From Chloroflexota bacterium (GTDB lineage Bacteria; Chloroflexota; Anaerolineae; Anaerolineales; Villigracilaceae): DNA of 38,007 bases. The stretch covers positions 1 through 38,007 of the forward strand of contig JAKBYW010000001.1 in NCBI GenBank assembly GCA_021840275.1, read 5' to 3'. The translations under genes and the position numbers were made by a program. The notes beneath the pieces were generated by a model. It searched no databases and was not told the origin of the DNA. It worked only from the letters and a program-made list of their open reading frames with translations. Of this stretch, positions 17,760 to 27,442 are shown piece by piece. Numbering within the stretch: the first letter of the stretch is position 1; each line of letters begins with the position of its first letter.

Positions 17760-18146
17760 TTATGACAAGTCAAAGCCGCAGAATGGACAATGCTTCCAGT
17801 TTGGTTCAAGATCAGTTGCACAGGCGGGACAAATTTTCAGCGGATCATCAGATTGGTCGCTAGATGCGAGTTCGGTCTTTGGCCTTGAACGGATTGCCAG
17901 AAACAGGCCTCCGAGGATCAGCAGGGAGAAGATAATTCCCCAAACTAGCCCTCCGTAAGATGGCCAGACTCCGAATGTTGAATGGCGCCCGCCATATATC
18001 ATGCTGCCATGCCCGAATGATGTGATGGATTGACTCATCCAGGTACCGTTAAGAAATAGCAACCCCATCAGCAGAAGCCCGCATAACACAGCCCCGACAA
18101 CAAGAATCCATTTCAATATGCTTTTCATCGAAAAACTCCTTTTCAA
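17760..18146 (-). CDS. Membrane protein with C-terminal zinc-ribbon
   Basis: 128 aa with 2-3 TM segments, then CPACATDLEPNWKHCPFCG. Confidence 0.65.
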   Translation of the reverse strand: MKRSFSMKSILKWILVVGAVLCGLLLMGLLFLNGTWMSQSITSFGHGSMIYGGRHSTFGVWPSYGGLVWGIIFSLLILGGLFLAIRSRPKTELASSDQSDDPLKICPACATDLEPNWKHCPFCGFDLS

Positions 18147-18258
18147 ATGACTTCGTTACTTATATTTATTGTATCGAAGCCATGTATTGGGTTTGTAAAG
18201 AAAAAATAAAGAAATGGGGAAGAATTTATTCTTTAGCAGGCATGTCTGTAGCTGAAAG

Positions 18259-19425
18259 TCAGGCGAACATGAACAGGGAGAGAATCGTTCCTATCAGAAC
18301 CACCCAGAGAATATCCACTTTGCGGAGCAAGGCCAGCAACGCAGCGCTGGCAAGCAAGATGTGGGACAGATCCCAATGGACGTTCAATCCAAAGCGAATG
18401 GTAACGGTCAGGAGCAAGCCTACGAAGGAGCACAGTACGCCCGCAATGATTTTATTGAAATAAGGTGAAGTCCGTAAGCGATCGAAATAGGGCGTGACGC
18501 CTACCACCATGATAAAGGATGGCAGGAAAATGCCAATGGTGGCAACAATGCTCCCAAACAAGCCGTCCAATAAATACCCGACAAAGGTGGCGGTAATGAC
18601 GATCGGCCCCGGTGTGACCTGCCCAAGCACGATCCCATTCATAAAAGTCTGACCATCCATCCAATGCCGGACCTCGACAATTTCATGCAGCATCAGGGGC
18701 ACAGATGCAAACCCGCCTCCAAAAGCGAACAGGTCTATTTTGGACATCAAGATAGCCAGATTGAATAAGTTGCGGTTGAAAATGAAAAGCAGAAGAAAAC
18801 CGACTGCAAAAACTGACAGGGTCAGCAGGAGCGGTCTTGTATAAGCCGTGCTTTGTCCGATGGAAGTGCGATGATTAACGCTGGCAGGCTTGGGCTTGAC
18901 GAGCACCAATCCTATTACAGCCGCCAGAAGAATAACAAAGATCGGATTGGCATTGAAGCCGAACAGCGCCGCCGCAGCACCTGCAATCAGGAATGCCTTC
19001 CAATCTTTTAGCGTATTTTTGCCAAAAGATAAAGCGGCATTGGCTATGACGGCGACAATGATGGCCTGTAACCCGCTAAAGGCCGAGATCACAAGGGGGA
19101 GATTGTGGTTATTCGTATACAGGGCGGCCAGGCTCAGCATCAAAACAAAGGCAGGCAGACCAAAGCCAATGAAGCTGGCGCCTGCGCCGGGCAAGCCCTG
19201 CGTTTTCAAACCCACATAGGCGGCTGTTTGCATGGCAGTTGCGCCGGGTAGCATTTGGCACAGCGCCACGCCGTCGCTAAAGGTTTCCGCCTCAAGCCAG
19301 TGCATCTTTTCCACCGTCATCTTGCGGATATAGGCGATCATGGACGGCCCGCCAAATGCAGTCAGTCCCAGGCGCAAAAAGGAAGTGAACAGTTGTGGTA
19401 TGGACGGTTTCGTATTCAGCGGCAT
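18259..19425 (-). CDS. chrA: Chromate transporter ChrA (CHR family, two-domain form)
   Basis: 388 aa with the CHR signature GLTAFGGPSMIAY and a duplicated half (FAFGGGFASVPL). Confidence 0.85.
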   Translation of the reverse strand: MPLNTKPSIPQLFTSFLRLGLTAFGGPSMIAYIRKMTVEKMHWLEAETFSDGVALCQMLPGATAMQTAAYVGLKTQGLPGAGASFIGFGLPAFVLMLSLAALYTNNHNLPLVISAFSGLQAIIVAVIANAALSFGKNTLKDWKAFLIAGAAAALFGFNANPIFVILLAAVIGLVLVKPKPASVNHRTSIGQSTAYTRPLLLTLSVFAVGFLLLFIFNRNLFNLAILMSKIDLFAFGGGFASVPLMLHEIVEVRHWMDGQTFMNGIVLGQVTPGPIVITATFVGYLLDGLFGSIVATIGIFLPSFIMVVGVTPYFDRLRTSPYFNKIIAGVLCSFVGLLLTVTIRFGLNVHWDLSHILLASAALLALLRKVDILWVVLIGTILSLFMFA

Positions 19426-19447
19426 GACGAGTCAGTCAATGCGAGAG

Positions 19448-19645
19448 TTATTTTTTATCCTGTATATCTTTTTTCTGATCCTCCTGCCCAGCCGGAGGCT
19501 GGTTGAGCAGGTTTTCTTCACGGTCCAATTCATACACCCCCAAACAACCATAACAACAGAAGTTCAGAACCTTGCCGTCGAACTCTTTTTTGATCGGGTA
19601 GTTGGTTTCCTTACCGCATAGTTCGCACGTGACTTTTTCTACCAT
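19448..19645 (-). CDS. Stand-alone FixI/CcoI N-terminal-type metal-binding domain protein (CxxC...CCxGC)
   Basis: MVEKVTCELCGKE...LNFCCYGCLGVYE. This is the 65-aa C-terminal part of the 165-aa track ORF. The ATG at 19645 overlaps the stop of the upstream gene. Confidence 0.65.
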   Translation of the reverse strand: MVEKVTCELCGKETNYPIKKEFDGKVLNFCCYGCLGVYELDREENLLNQPPAGQEDQKKDIQDKK

Positions 19646-20379
19646 AGCATCACCTGTCCAAAAGAAACTGATGGGACGAGGTTGGCGACTGCCAGCCCGC
19701 GTAAAACGGTTTGAATAGCAAAGAGCATAATCAGCGCTGCGGCGAAATATTGCAAGCGCCCGCGTAGTTTTGGACTTAGCAGGTTGGCGGCCAGACCGAA
19801 ACCAAGCAAGGTCGGGATGGTGCCGAGACCAAAGGCCAGCATGGTCAACGCGCCGCCCCACGCTGACTGTGTCCTCGCCGCGACAACCAGCATCGCAAAC
19901 ACCAGTCCGCATGGCAGGAAGCCCCAGAAGAATCCCAGCGTCCACGAAGAGAGAAAACTGCGCTTCCCGAACAGGCCGCGCATTCTCGTCATCGGCGAGA
20001 TTTTTTGGGACACCGAGGCCAGCGCCAGTTCAATCGGCGGCAGGATGCCCATCAGGCTGAGTGAGACAACGAACATGGCCAGCCCGACCAGAATGGAGAA
20101 AGCGCCCTGCCAGCCGAGCAGCCCGCCCGCCTGATTGAGCAGCGAACCAGCCAGGCCGATCACTGCTCCGAAGATGGTGTAGGTTGTGATGCGCCCAAAA
20201 TGTACAGGGGCAAGGCTGGCGATGCGCGCCAGAAGGCCCGGTTGTTTTCCATCCGCCTTGGCTTGCGCGGACTGTCGCGCAGAGTAGATGGCGACGATCC
20301 CGCCGCACATGCCGATACAATGTCCGAAGCTGCTGATAAGCCCGGTGATAAAAGCCAGCGCCAGATTACTGAGCAGCAT
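19639..20379 (-). CDS. DsbD_2-type membrane protein (often annotated sulfite exporter TauE/SafE family)
   Basis: HCIGMCGG motif in TM1, LPCG motif later, ~6 TM segments. I prefer the start MLLSNLAL at 20379, 6 nt after the upstream stop. The track ORF extends to 20538. Confidence 0.75.
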   Translation of the reverse strand: MLLSNLALAFITGLISSFGHCIGMCGGIVAIYSARQSAQAKADGKQPGLLARIASLAPVHFGRITTYTIFGAVIGLAGSLLNQAGGLLGWQGAFSILVGLAMFVVSLSLMGILPPIELALASVSQKISPMTRMRGLFGKRSFLSSWTLGFFWGFLPCGLVFAMLVVAARTQSAWGGALTMLAFGLGTIPTLLGFGLAANLLSPKLRGRLQYFAAALIMLFAIQTVLRGLAVANLVPSVSFGQVMLW

Positions 20380-20384
20380 TTTAT

Positions 20385-20891
20385 TTACAACCAGACATCG
20401 AAGTATACCGATTGGGTCTTTGCGCCGCGCGTGATGACCACTTCGATTCGCCACGGACCGCGCATGGTGAACTGGCCTGATGCGGAGTATTTCCCATTGG
20501 AGGCCGCTGTCAGCGGGAATTGGTTCGGCGGCATCCACATGGTCGGCATCGTCAGATTCACGTTGACCGTTGCATCGCTAATCGCCTGCCCATTGGCGTC
20601 GGTCAGCGTCACTTCGAAATCAGATGGATTGTATCCGGTCGGTGGATATGGATTGAGTGTGATCGAAACGGTCATGTCGCCTGCCTGTTGCACTGCCATG
20701 TTTTCAGGCAATGACGTGGCTGCGGCGTTGGCCGGGGGCGGGATCGGCCTGCCATCCGCTGAAACCGCCACCAGACCACCCGCCGCCTGCGATGTTTGCG
20801 ATAACATGTTCGAGCGCCTCATGTTCATGACCATGATGGCTACTACGATCACAAGTACGATAACGCCGACTGCTATTATTTTTTTGCCCAT
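20385..20891 (-). CDS. FixH/YtkA-like protein (signal anchor plus Ig-like domain)
   Basis: N-terminal TM segment, then MTVSITLNPYPP...LTMPTMWMPP...GKYSASGQFTMRGPWRIEVVI, typical of FixH/YtkA domains. Confidence 0.65.
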   Translation of the reverse strand: MGKKIIAVGVIVLVIVVAIMVMNMRRSNMLSQTSQAAGGLVAVSADGRPIPPPANAAATSLPENMAVQQAGDMTVSITLNPYPPTGYNPSDFEVTLTDANGQAISDATVNVNLTMPTMWMPPNQFPLTAASNGKYSASGQFTMRGPWRIEVVITRGAKTQSVYFDVWL

Positions 20892-21221
20892 GGACTGTGC
20901 TCCTGCTTACAAATTGTTTATTGGGGATCACTTTACAGCCGCCAAGCATATCACTGGTGGCTTTCCCCTATGTGAAGATTATGTAAAGGATTTTGGCTAC
21001 CCTACATCCAGAAAAACCGGTGTCGGATATCAAAGCTCATCGCTACACAATCTTTATTTCTTTAAACTCGGATCATTTCTATGCGCCAGTGTGTCAATGG
21101 TCATTTGCCAGGAACCCTCGAAGCGTGTCTAAGAAGTAGCATACCATTCTGCTTCTCCATCATCTCCCACTCATATACGCAAAGTAGTGTTTATAATCGA
21201 CAGACCTTTTCAGGTAATTGG

Positions 21222-22673
21222 CTAGTGAGACTGTAGCAGCTCAACCAACAAATTCCATACTCGCGTCACAGATGGAATATACAACTTCTCGTTTGGAGAG
21301 TGTGCATTCTTTATCGTTGGACCGAGCGAGATCATGTCCATCTCTCCGCATCGTTCGCCGATAATTCCGCACTCCAGACCTGCATGGATGATCTTGACTT
21401 CGGGCTTTTGACCAAAAAGTTTCTCATATGTTTCGACTGACTTCTTTAATAGGTCTGAATCCATGTTTGGTTTCCAGCCGGGATATCCGTCTATATGATT
21501 TACCTGCGCTCCTGCCAGTTTAGCGACAGCCTCTATGCGGCGGCTCAATTCATCAAGGCGCGACATCATGGAACTACGCTGGCTGGATGTAATCTGTAAC
21601 GAGTCGTCCATCATTTCAACTTTTGCCAGATTATTGGATGTTTCTACAAACCCTTCAATGCTATCCGACATGTGAGCAACGCCGTGAGGCAGTGCCATCA
21701 GCAGCCGGATAATTTTTTCTGTCTCTACAATGCTGGTCACTTCATAGTTGTTGCCATCTTTTTCCGATATGAGTCTTATTCGCAGATCAGGATCAGACCT
21801 GGAAAACTCCTCCAGCAACTCTTTTTCAAGCAAGGCGATTTGGTCTTTGCAATCACCCAGCTTTTCCTCCGGGCAGACAAAGACCGCTTCGGCTTGACGC
21901 GGGATGGCGTTATGAGCAGTGCCGCCTTGAATTAAGCTCAATTGAATTGGAACGGTTCTCTGGATGCGGTCCAAGGTCCGCGCCAGAATCTGGTTGGCAT
22001 TGCCGCGATGTTTATGGATTTCCGCGCCGGAGTGTCCACCTTGCAATCCATCGACCACGATGCGTAATCTTTTATGATTAGGAGATGGCAATTCACAAGA
22101 AAGGGGTAATTGGATTTGAGTCGTGATTCCACCCGCACACCCAACGAAAAACTCGCCTTCATCTTCCGAGTCGAGATTGATCAAGGTCTTGCCGCGAATC
22201 AAGTTTGGATCAAGATGAGACGCGCCTCCGATACCGACTTCCTCTTCGACAGTGAAAAGCAATTCAAGAGGTGGATGGAATACGTTCGTATCTTCGACCA
22301 ACGCCAGAGCGAGAGCAATTGCGATTCCATTATCCGCGCCGAGAGTCGTCTTGTCTCCCCGAAGCCAGTCACCATCTACAATGCAACGAATGGGATCGCG
22401 CAGGAAGTCATGGGGGGAATCTGATGTTTTTTCACAGACCATGTCCATGTGTCCCTGGAGCACAACCGCCGCTCTGTCTTCATATCCCGCACTGGCTGGA
22501 ACTTGTATGACCAGATTTCCAGCAGAGTCGGTTAGGGTCGAGCAGCGAAGCTCCATAGCCCATTCTTGCAGCCATGCGGAAATTTTTTGCTCGTGTTTTG
22601 TCCCGCGCGGGACGGAAGAAATTTGTTCGAAACGTTCGAGAATACGTTCAATGGGTTCCATGTGTTTATCCAT
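21222..22673 (-). CDS. pepD: Aminoacyl-histidine (Xaa-His) dipeptidase PepD, M20 family
   Basis: 483 aa with GHMDMV, GADNGIAIA and EEVG motifs and a PepD-like length. Confidence 0.9.
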   Translation of the reverse strand: MDKHMEPIERILERFEQISSVPRGTKHEQKISAWLQEWAMELRCSTLTDSAGNLVIQVPASAGYEDRAAVVLQGHMDMVCEKTSDSPHDFLRDPIRCIVDGDWLRGDKTTLGADNGIAIALALALVEDTNVFHPPLELLFTVEEEVGIGGASHLDPNLIRGKTLINLDSEDEGEFFVGCAGGITTQIQLPLSCELPSPNHKRLRIVVDGLQGGHSGAEIHKHRGNANQILARTLDRIQRTVPIQLSLIQGGTAHNAIPRQAEAVFVCPEEKLGDCKDQIALLEKELLEEFSRSDPDLRIRLISEKDGNNYEVTSIVETEKIIRLLMALPHGVAHMSDSIEGFVETSNNLAKVEMMDDSLQITSSQRSSMMSRLDELSRRIEAVAKLAGAQVNHIDGYPGWKPNMDSDLLKKSVETYEKLFGQKPEVKIIHAGLECGIIGERCGEMDMISLGPTIKNAHSPNEKLYIPSVTRVWNLLVELLQSH

Positions 22674-24402
22674 TTCCAGGTGAAATATAAGACATGCGCT
22701 CGCCTACCATCTGGATGAGAGCGCGGCTCCAGGCATTTTCTTCATTGTCGTTCAACAGATCGCGCCGTATAGCATCGCGCTTCAAGACGTAATTGCGCAT
22801 GTCTTCTGATAATTCTTCAAGATGTCTTGATTGCTCCTCCAGCAGAAAGTCCCGAATATCATCTGTAGGATTCGCAACCAGCATTGCCTCGAGATGGGGA
22901 AGGCATAACCCCAGTGCATTTTGATAATAGACCTTTCCGTCAGATATCTTCATGTATTCAAGGAATTTTTCCACCTGCACACGTTGCATCCTTTCCAACA
23001 ACGCGCAGGCAGCGCAAGACTTTTGCCTGGATGGCCTGCCTTTACTATGATCGCCGCGCATCTGCTTTAACTGGACTGCGATAGACTCGATTAGCGGCGT
23101 ATACATCTGGTTGATTGTACTCGCGGTGGCCATGTCACGAAACTGCCAGGCGTGTACCTGGCACAATCCGCCGCCTGCAAGAAAATCCTGCTGTTCTTCT
23201 GCTCCAACCTGTTGCAAATCCACGAAGTAATCGAACAACTCCTGGCGCAATCCAGCGCAGATTGGGCAGGTGCGGGTTTGGGAAAATCCCCGTTTCCTGG
23301 GCGGCGTGGAATTTTGTTGAGGCTGGTTTTGTTTTTTGAGGATTGTTGCGGAATTTATTTTCTCCTTCAGTGTAATTGAAACGGATTGTTCACCCTTAAG
23401 CAGTGTATCGCGCAGATCCGTCGCGGCGATCTGAATCGGATTTAATCGTTCCTGTAACGAAGCTTTTACTTCTTGTCCTGAAATCGCTGACGACAGGATA
23501 TGAATCAGATGATCCAGAACCGAAACGGACAAAGAGCGATTCTTTTCATTGACTAAAAACGCTTCCAACGCCGCTTCGAGTTGGTCAATGCCACTCTCAG
23601 TTTTTCCTCCCCCCGTTTTATCGGTCAGGGCCTGCCGCGCCGAAATCGGGAAGAATGGAATTCCATTTGTACCCAGAACGTCCTCGACGTTTGTTCGAAC
23701 ATAGTCGAGCACTTTCGCGCGTTCCGTGGGAGATACCAGGTCCATCTTATTGACAACAACAAAGAGTTTGCGCACGTAAGTGGAAACGTCGCGTAGGAAA
23801 TCCTGTTCCGCTTGACTGAGCGGCGCTTCTACACTGGTTACGAAGATGACTGCATCCGCTTCGGGCAGGAACTCGTAAGTGGTCGCAGTGTTTTCGATGC
23901 GCGAGGAGCCGACGCCGGGCGTGTCCACGAAATGCACGCCCCGCCGTAAAAATGGAACCGGCAGCTCGATCCGCGCTTCGATCAATCCTTTTTCATTGCC
24001 CGGATTACCTTCTTCTGTGACAAAATCAGGCAGATCGTTAATCGTGACTTCCTGCTCCATGACCCAATCTTTCCGGACGAGAGCAATGCGTTCCTGCGGG
24101 CCATAACACAAAGTGGTAATGGCCGAGGTGAGTGGCAATAGGCCGGTGGGCAGCAAATCTCTTCCGATGATCGCGTTGATGAGCGAACTCTTGCCGCGTT
24201 TGAATTGCCCCAGGACAACAAGATTGAAGCGATCCGCCGCCAGTTTTACCTGCAATGCCCGGCATGCATCCTCCCAGTTCTCGGATTTTTCCATCTTGAA
24301 ATTCTGGCGCGCAGCGCGGATCAAATCGGCAATTTGCTGTTTGATAACAGTGTATTGACGGAACGATTTTGTTTTTTCCATATCTATTCTCTTGGATATC
24401 AA
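22666..24402 (-). CDS. Dynamin-family GTPase with a C-terminal Cys/His-rich domain
   Basis: G1 GQFKRGKSS, G3 DTPGVGS and G4 NKMD. The C-terminal ~200 aa carry two CxxC-N32-34-CxxH units (C379/C382/C414/H417 and C463/C466/C500/H503). There is an 8-nt overlap with the pepD start. Confidence 0.85.
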   Translation of the reverse strand: MISKRIDMEKTKSFRQYTVIKQQIADLIRAARQNFKMEKSENWEDACRALQVKLAADRFNLVVLGQFKRGKSSLINAIIGRDLLPTGLLPLTSAITTLCYGPQERIALVRKDWVMEQEVTINDLPDFVTEEGNPGNEKGLIEARIELPVPFLRRGVHFVDTPGVGSSRIENTATTYEFLPEADAVIFVTSVEAPLSQAEQDFLRDVSTYVRKLFVVVNKMDLVSPTERAKVLDYVRTNVEDVLGTNGIPFFPISARQALTDKTGGGKTESGIDQLEAALEAFLVNEKNRSLSVSVLDHLIHILSSAISGQEVKASLQERLNPIQIAATDLRDTLLKGEQSVSITLKEKINSATILKKQNQPQQNSTPPRKRGFSQTRTCPICAGLRQELFDYFVDLQQVGAEEQQDFLAGGGLCQVHAWQFRDMATASTINQMYTPLIESIAVQLKQMRGDHSKGRPSRQKSCAACALLERMQRVQVEKFLEYMKISDGKVYYQNALGLCLPHLEAMLVANPTDDIRDFLLEEQSRHLEELSEDMRNYVLKRDAIRRDLLNDNEENAWSRALIQMVGERMSYISPGNG

Positions 24403-24441
24403 TGATCCATATTTTGAAGAAAATCATTAGCAGGATGCTTT

Positions 24442-26139
24442 TTAACGGGTAAAGTATCCCGACGTGAAAATCCAAATATACGGGCTGATGAATAAAGCCG
24501 CCATCATAAAAATTCTCAATATTCTTAATTGCCCAACCCGCCACTTTATCCTTTCAGCGCCTTCGAAAAGCCGCAACAGATCAGTCAAATCATTGATAAG
24601 AATTTTGGAAAATCTCCTCGCGATGGGAGAACTGTTCTTCAGGAATGATATTCCCACATCTGCTGCTTTTAGCGCTATGCCGTCATTTAATCCGTCTCCG
24701 ACCATCCCCACGCAATCACCTTTTTGCTGGAGAAGCCTGATCAGGACGCCCTTTTGCGAGGGGATTAGTCTTGCAAACACGGAGCAATACGAAGCTTGTC
24801 TGGCGACCTCCTTCAATTCCATTCTTTCAATTGTTCCCCCGGTCAAAACCATCGTTGAATCTTTCGCGATGCTGCATTCTTCGGCAACCCTTCCTGCTGT
24901 TTCCGCCCTGTCCCCGGTGAGCAGGATGTTTCTTATGCCTTTTTCCGTCACACTTTTTATGGTCTCCCGGACTCCGGGCCGTAATGGATTCTCCAATTGG
25001 AGCAGGCACAGAAACGTATAATTTTTGGATGTTATATCGGATGTATCAGTTGAGTACGCCAGCGCAATTGCAGTATCGCCACTTCGGTTGATTGCCTGCA
25101 TATTCGAGAGGTTCAATTTCCAAAACTTAAGATTCATCTTTTTCTTGTCGCCGGTTGCGGTCATATAATGATCGCACATCCCCAAGATCACACCGGGATC
25201 GCCTTTGGCAAAAAACTGTTCCTTATCATCCAGTTCGAACCCGCAGACCATATACCGATTTTCAGAATCAAAAGGTTTGTCATAGATGCGTTTGGAGTGC
25301 AGGAATAATTCCCTTGCATCAACCCCCTTTTTAATGGCAAAGGATATTAACGCCTTGTCAATTGGATTTGCCAGATCCAGCTTTTCAAAGAACAAAACAT
25401 CATTGCACAATGCGCATGCAATTTTGATCCAATGAAATGCGCTTGCATCGATGGTTGATACATCGTCTGCGTTCGATATTTCGCCTGCCAAATGAATATT
25501 TTTGACTTCCATCTGACGCGTGGTTAAAACCCCCGTTTTATCCAAACAGAGGATGTCAATTTGACTCATCTGTTCCAGGGCTCTCATGTCCTTGATTTGA
25601 ATATTGAAACTCTCCAAACTCTTAAGTTCACTTGAAACAGGGAGATACCTGAAAAGATCATCGTTTTGCAGCAATATGAGAGAGAAAGATAACAACAAGT
25701 ACAAAGCGATCACACCAATAACATTATTTGATTGTGTCGCTTGAATAATGAAGGCCGGCAGGAGCAATAAAACGAGGCCAAGGTATTTTTTATTAATGAA
25801 CTGGAATTTGTAAATATGGTTTTGTTCCGAGCTTTGACTTAGAATCTTTCCAAATTCCGTTTGTTCCCTGGTTGCAACGACAACTCCTTTCCCTGTTCCT
25901 CTGATTATTCTGCTCCCCATATAGATGATGACATCCACCCCCACCCTTTTGAGAACCGGTAAAAGCTCGCCGGTAATATCAAATTCATCGACTTCCAGCC
26001 CATTTGCTTCAACAAGATTAAGGTCGGCGGGAACGACATCAGCCGTCTGCAATACCACCATGTCATTCTTGCACAGATGGTCATCCTCTATATTTATGAG
26101 TTTTCCATCCTTGACGATTGTCACAAGATTACTGTTCAT
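24442..26139 (-). CDS. Minimal P-type-ATPase-like protein (A, P and N domains, only ~3 TM segments)
   Basis: DKTGVLT, LLTGDR and VGDGLNDGIALK are present. TGES is replaced by TGEL. There is no M1-M2, no PEGL in M4 and a single C-terminal TM. Total length is 565 aa. Confidence 0.8.
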   Translation of the reverse strand: MNSNLVTIVKDGKLINIEDDHLCKNDMVVLQTADVVPADLNLVEANGLEVDEFDITGELLPVLKRVGVDVIIYMGSRIIRGTGKGVVVATREQTEFGKILSQSSEQNHIYKFQFINKKYLGLVLLLLPAFIIQATQSNNVIGVIALYLLLSFSLILLQNDDLFRYLPVSSELKSLESFNIQIKDMRALEQMSQIDILCLDKTGVLTTRQMEVKNIHLAGEISNADDVSTIDASAFHWIKIACALCNDVLFFEKLDLANPIDKALISFAIKKGVDARELFLHSKRIYDKPFDSENRYMVCGFELDDKEQFFAKGDPGVILGMCDHYMTATGDKKKMNLKFWKLNLSNMQAINRSGDTAIALAYSTDTSDITSKNYTFLCLLQLENPLRPGVRETIKSVTEKGIRNILLTGDRAETAGRVAEECSIAKDSTMVLTGGTIERMELKEVARQASYCSVFARLIPSQKGVLIRLLQQKGDCVGMVGDGLNDGIALKAADVGISFLKNSSPIARRFSKILINDLTDLLRLFEGAERIKWRVGQLRILRIFMMAALFISPYIWIFTSGYFTR

Positions 26140-26192
26140 AAGTGCCCTATGCTCTTTTTATTCGCCTACACACAAGACACGCACCGAAAGGG

Positions 26193-26230
26193 AATTAAAA
26201 ACCTCTACTGAAGAACATATTCAGTAGAGG
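26193..26230 (-). terminator. Intrinsic terminator after the metallophosphoesterase gene
   Basis: On the minus strand: CCTCTACTGAA/TTCAGTAGAGG 11-bp stem followed by TTTTTAATT. Confidence 0.75.
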
Positions 26231-26355
26231 CCATCAGCTATGGAGCTAGCGGTTGAATAAATTCAGAGCGAGCCTCATCGCTCAAACCTATAAAATTTTA
26301 CCACGACCCTTGCCTCAGGTGATCAAAAGCCATTCAACGGGAGTTGAGAGAACGG

Positions 26356-27021
26356 CTAAGGATTCATTGGCACGATCTCAAGAGTCTGAACTCCTCCCTG
26401 TGTCACTTCTGCATAAGCATAATTTCCCTTTGAAAGCGGACCCGGGTTAATAATCTTTGTATTCCCGATTTGATCGATACCAACTCCTTCGTGAATATGT
26501 CCTGTAAAACATATCAGTGGTTGATTTCGTTCGATAAATTTGCGAACGGTTTTACTGCCAACATGTACTTTTCCTTGCGCTAAGTCGTTTTGAGTGCCAT
26601 AGGGAGGTTGGTGACAGATAAGAATATCAGGCTCACCAGGAAGCAAATTCGAATTTATCTCGGTAAAGAATGTTTCAAAATCAGCTTCTGTAATCTCATT
26701 AGGAGTTGGCACAATCCCAGGCAAGGATAACCCCATGCCGACGAAAGTGAGACCTTCTCGTCGAATATGTCTTCGATGCAGATTTATGCTTTCTTGGGAA
26801 AGATAATTTTCGATTTCTGGTGTGTCCCAATTTCCTGGTATTGCCAAAACCGAGGCATTAAATCTTCGGACAAGCTGGACCACTTGGCTGGCATCCTGTG
26901 CAGGTCCACCATTGGTGAGATCGCCGACGAGTAAAACCAAATCAACCTGGGAGAGGTTGTTGCTAATTTCTGAAAGGCTGGTTAAGCCATTGTGTAAATC
27001 AGGGAGAGCTATGATTTTCAT
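26356..27021 (-). CDS. Metallophosphoesterase (calcineurin-like)
   Basis: LPDLHN, VGDLTNGG, GNWD and GHIHEG motifs. Confidence 0.85.
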   Translation of the reverse strand: MKIIALPDLHNGLTSLSEISNNLSQVDLVLLVGDLTNGGPAQDASQVVQLVRRFNASVLAIPGNWDTPEIENYLSQESINLHRRHIRREGLTFVGMGLSLPGIVPTPNEITEADFETFFTEINSNLLPGEPDILICHQPPYGTQNDLAQGKVHVGSKTVRKFIERNQPLICFTGHIHEGVGIDQIGNTKIINPGPLSKGNYAYAEVTQGGVQTLEIVPMNP

Positions 27022-27253
27022 TGGCTTCTATAGAATAGTCAAGACGATATGTCGCTTGCATCGACCATTCTACCCTGATCATCTCTTCTGTTCCGTTGAT
27101 AACGGAATATTTAACTCTTTGTCTATTGTTGCAACCAAAGGCAATTAGCAAAACGTCGGTTTCCAAAGTACTCCTTTCATTTAGTTGATTTCGTATCACT
27201 CCCGCTTCAGATACTCTCAAGAGTCTTTTCTGTGCTCCCTGCTTTTCAATCAT
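26999..27253 (-). CDS. Hypothetical 84-aa protein
   Basis: The ORF overlaps the metallophosphoesterase start by 23 nt. No motif was recognised. Confidence 0.3.
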   Translation of the reverse strand: MIEKQGAQKRLLRVSEAGVIRNQLNERSTLETDVLLIAFGCNNRQRVKYSVINGTEEMIRVEWSMQATYRLDYSIEANENHSSP

Positions 27254-27442
27254 GATAAACTAGCTTTGTTCCCCAAAACATTATAGGTTGCGATGTAATC
27301 ACAAGAGAACGCTGTATTTTAACGACATATTTTCCACCGAAGAAAGAAAAAGTACCAAAATAGTTGGTATATTTACCCAATTTCCCGCTATTTTACACAT
27401 TGAGAAGATATGAAAACTCTTTCAGCCACCGCTCAGGCAAAT

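Noticed and set aside
19646-19945. N-terminal 100 aa of the 165-aa track ORF (and similarly 20380-20538 of the 299-aa ORF)
   Set aside because: These extensions overlap the upstream genes in another frame and are Arg/Gly-rich nonsense. Internal ATGs at 19645 and 20379 give compact, motif-complete proteins.
20200-21132. 310-aa ORF on the + strand
   Set aside because: It is antisense to the FixH-like and DsbD_2-like genes, which have clear family motifs. It is a typical shadow ORF.
22666-24402. Dynamin-like GTPase as an Eleos-type (LeoA/LeoBC) anti-phage system
   Set aside because: Only one dynamin-like gene is present. The neighbours are a dipeptidase and a P-type-ATPase-like protein, and there is no other defence or mobile-element context.
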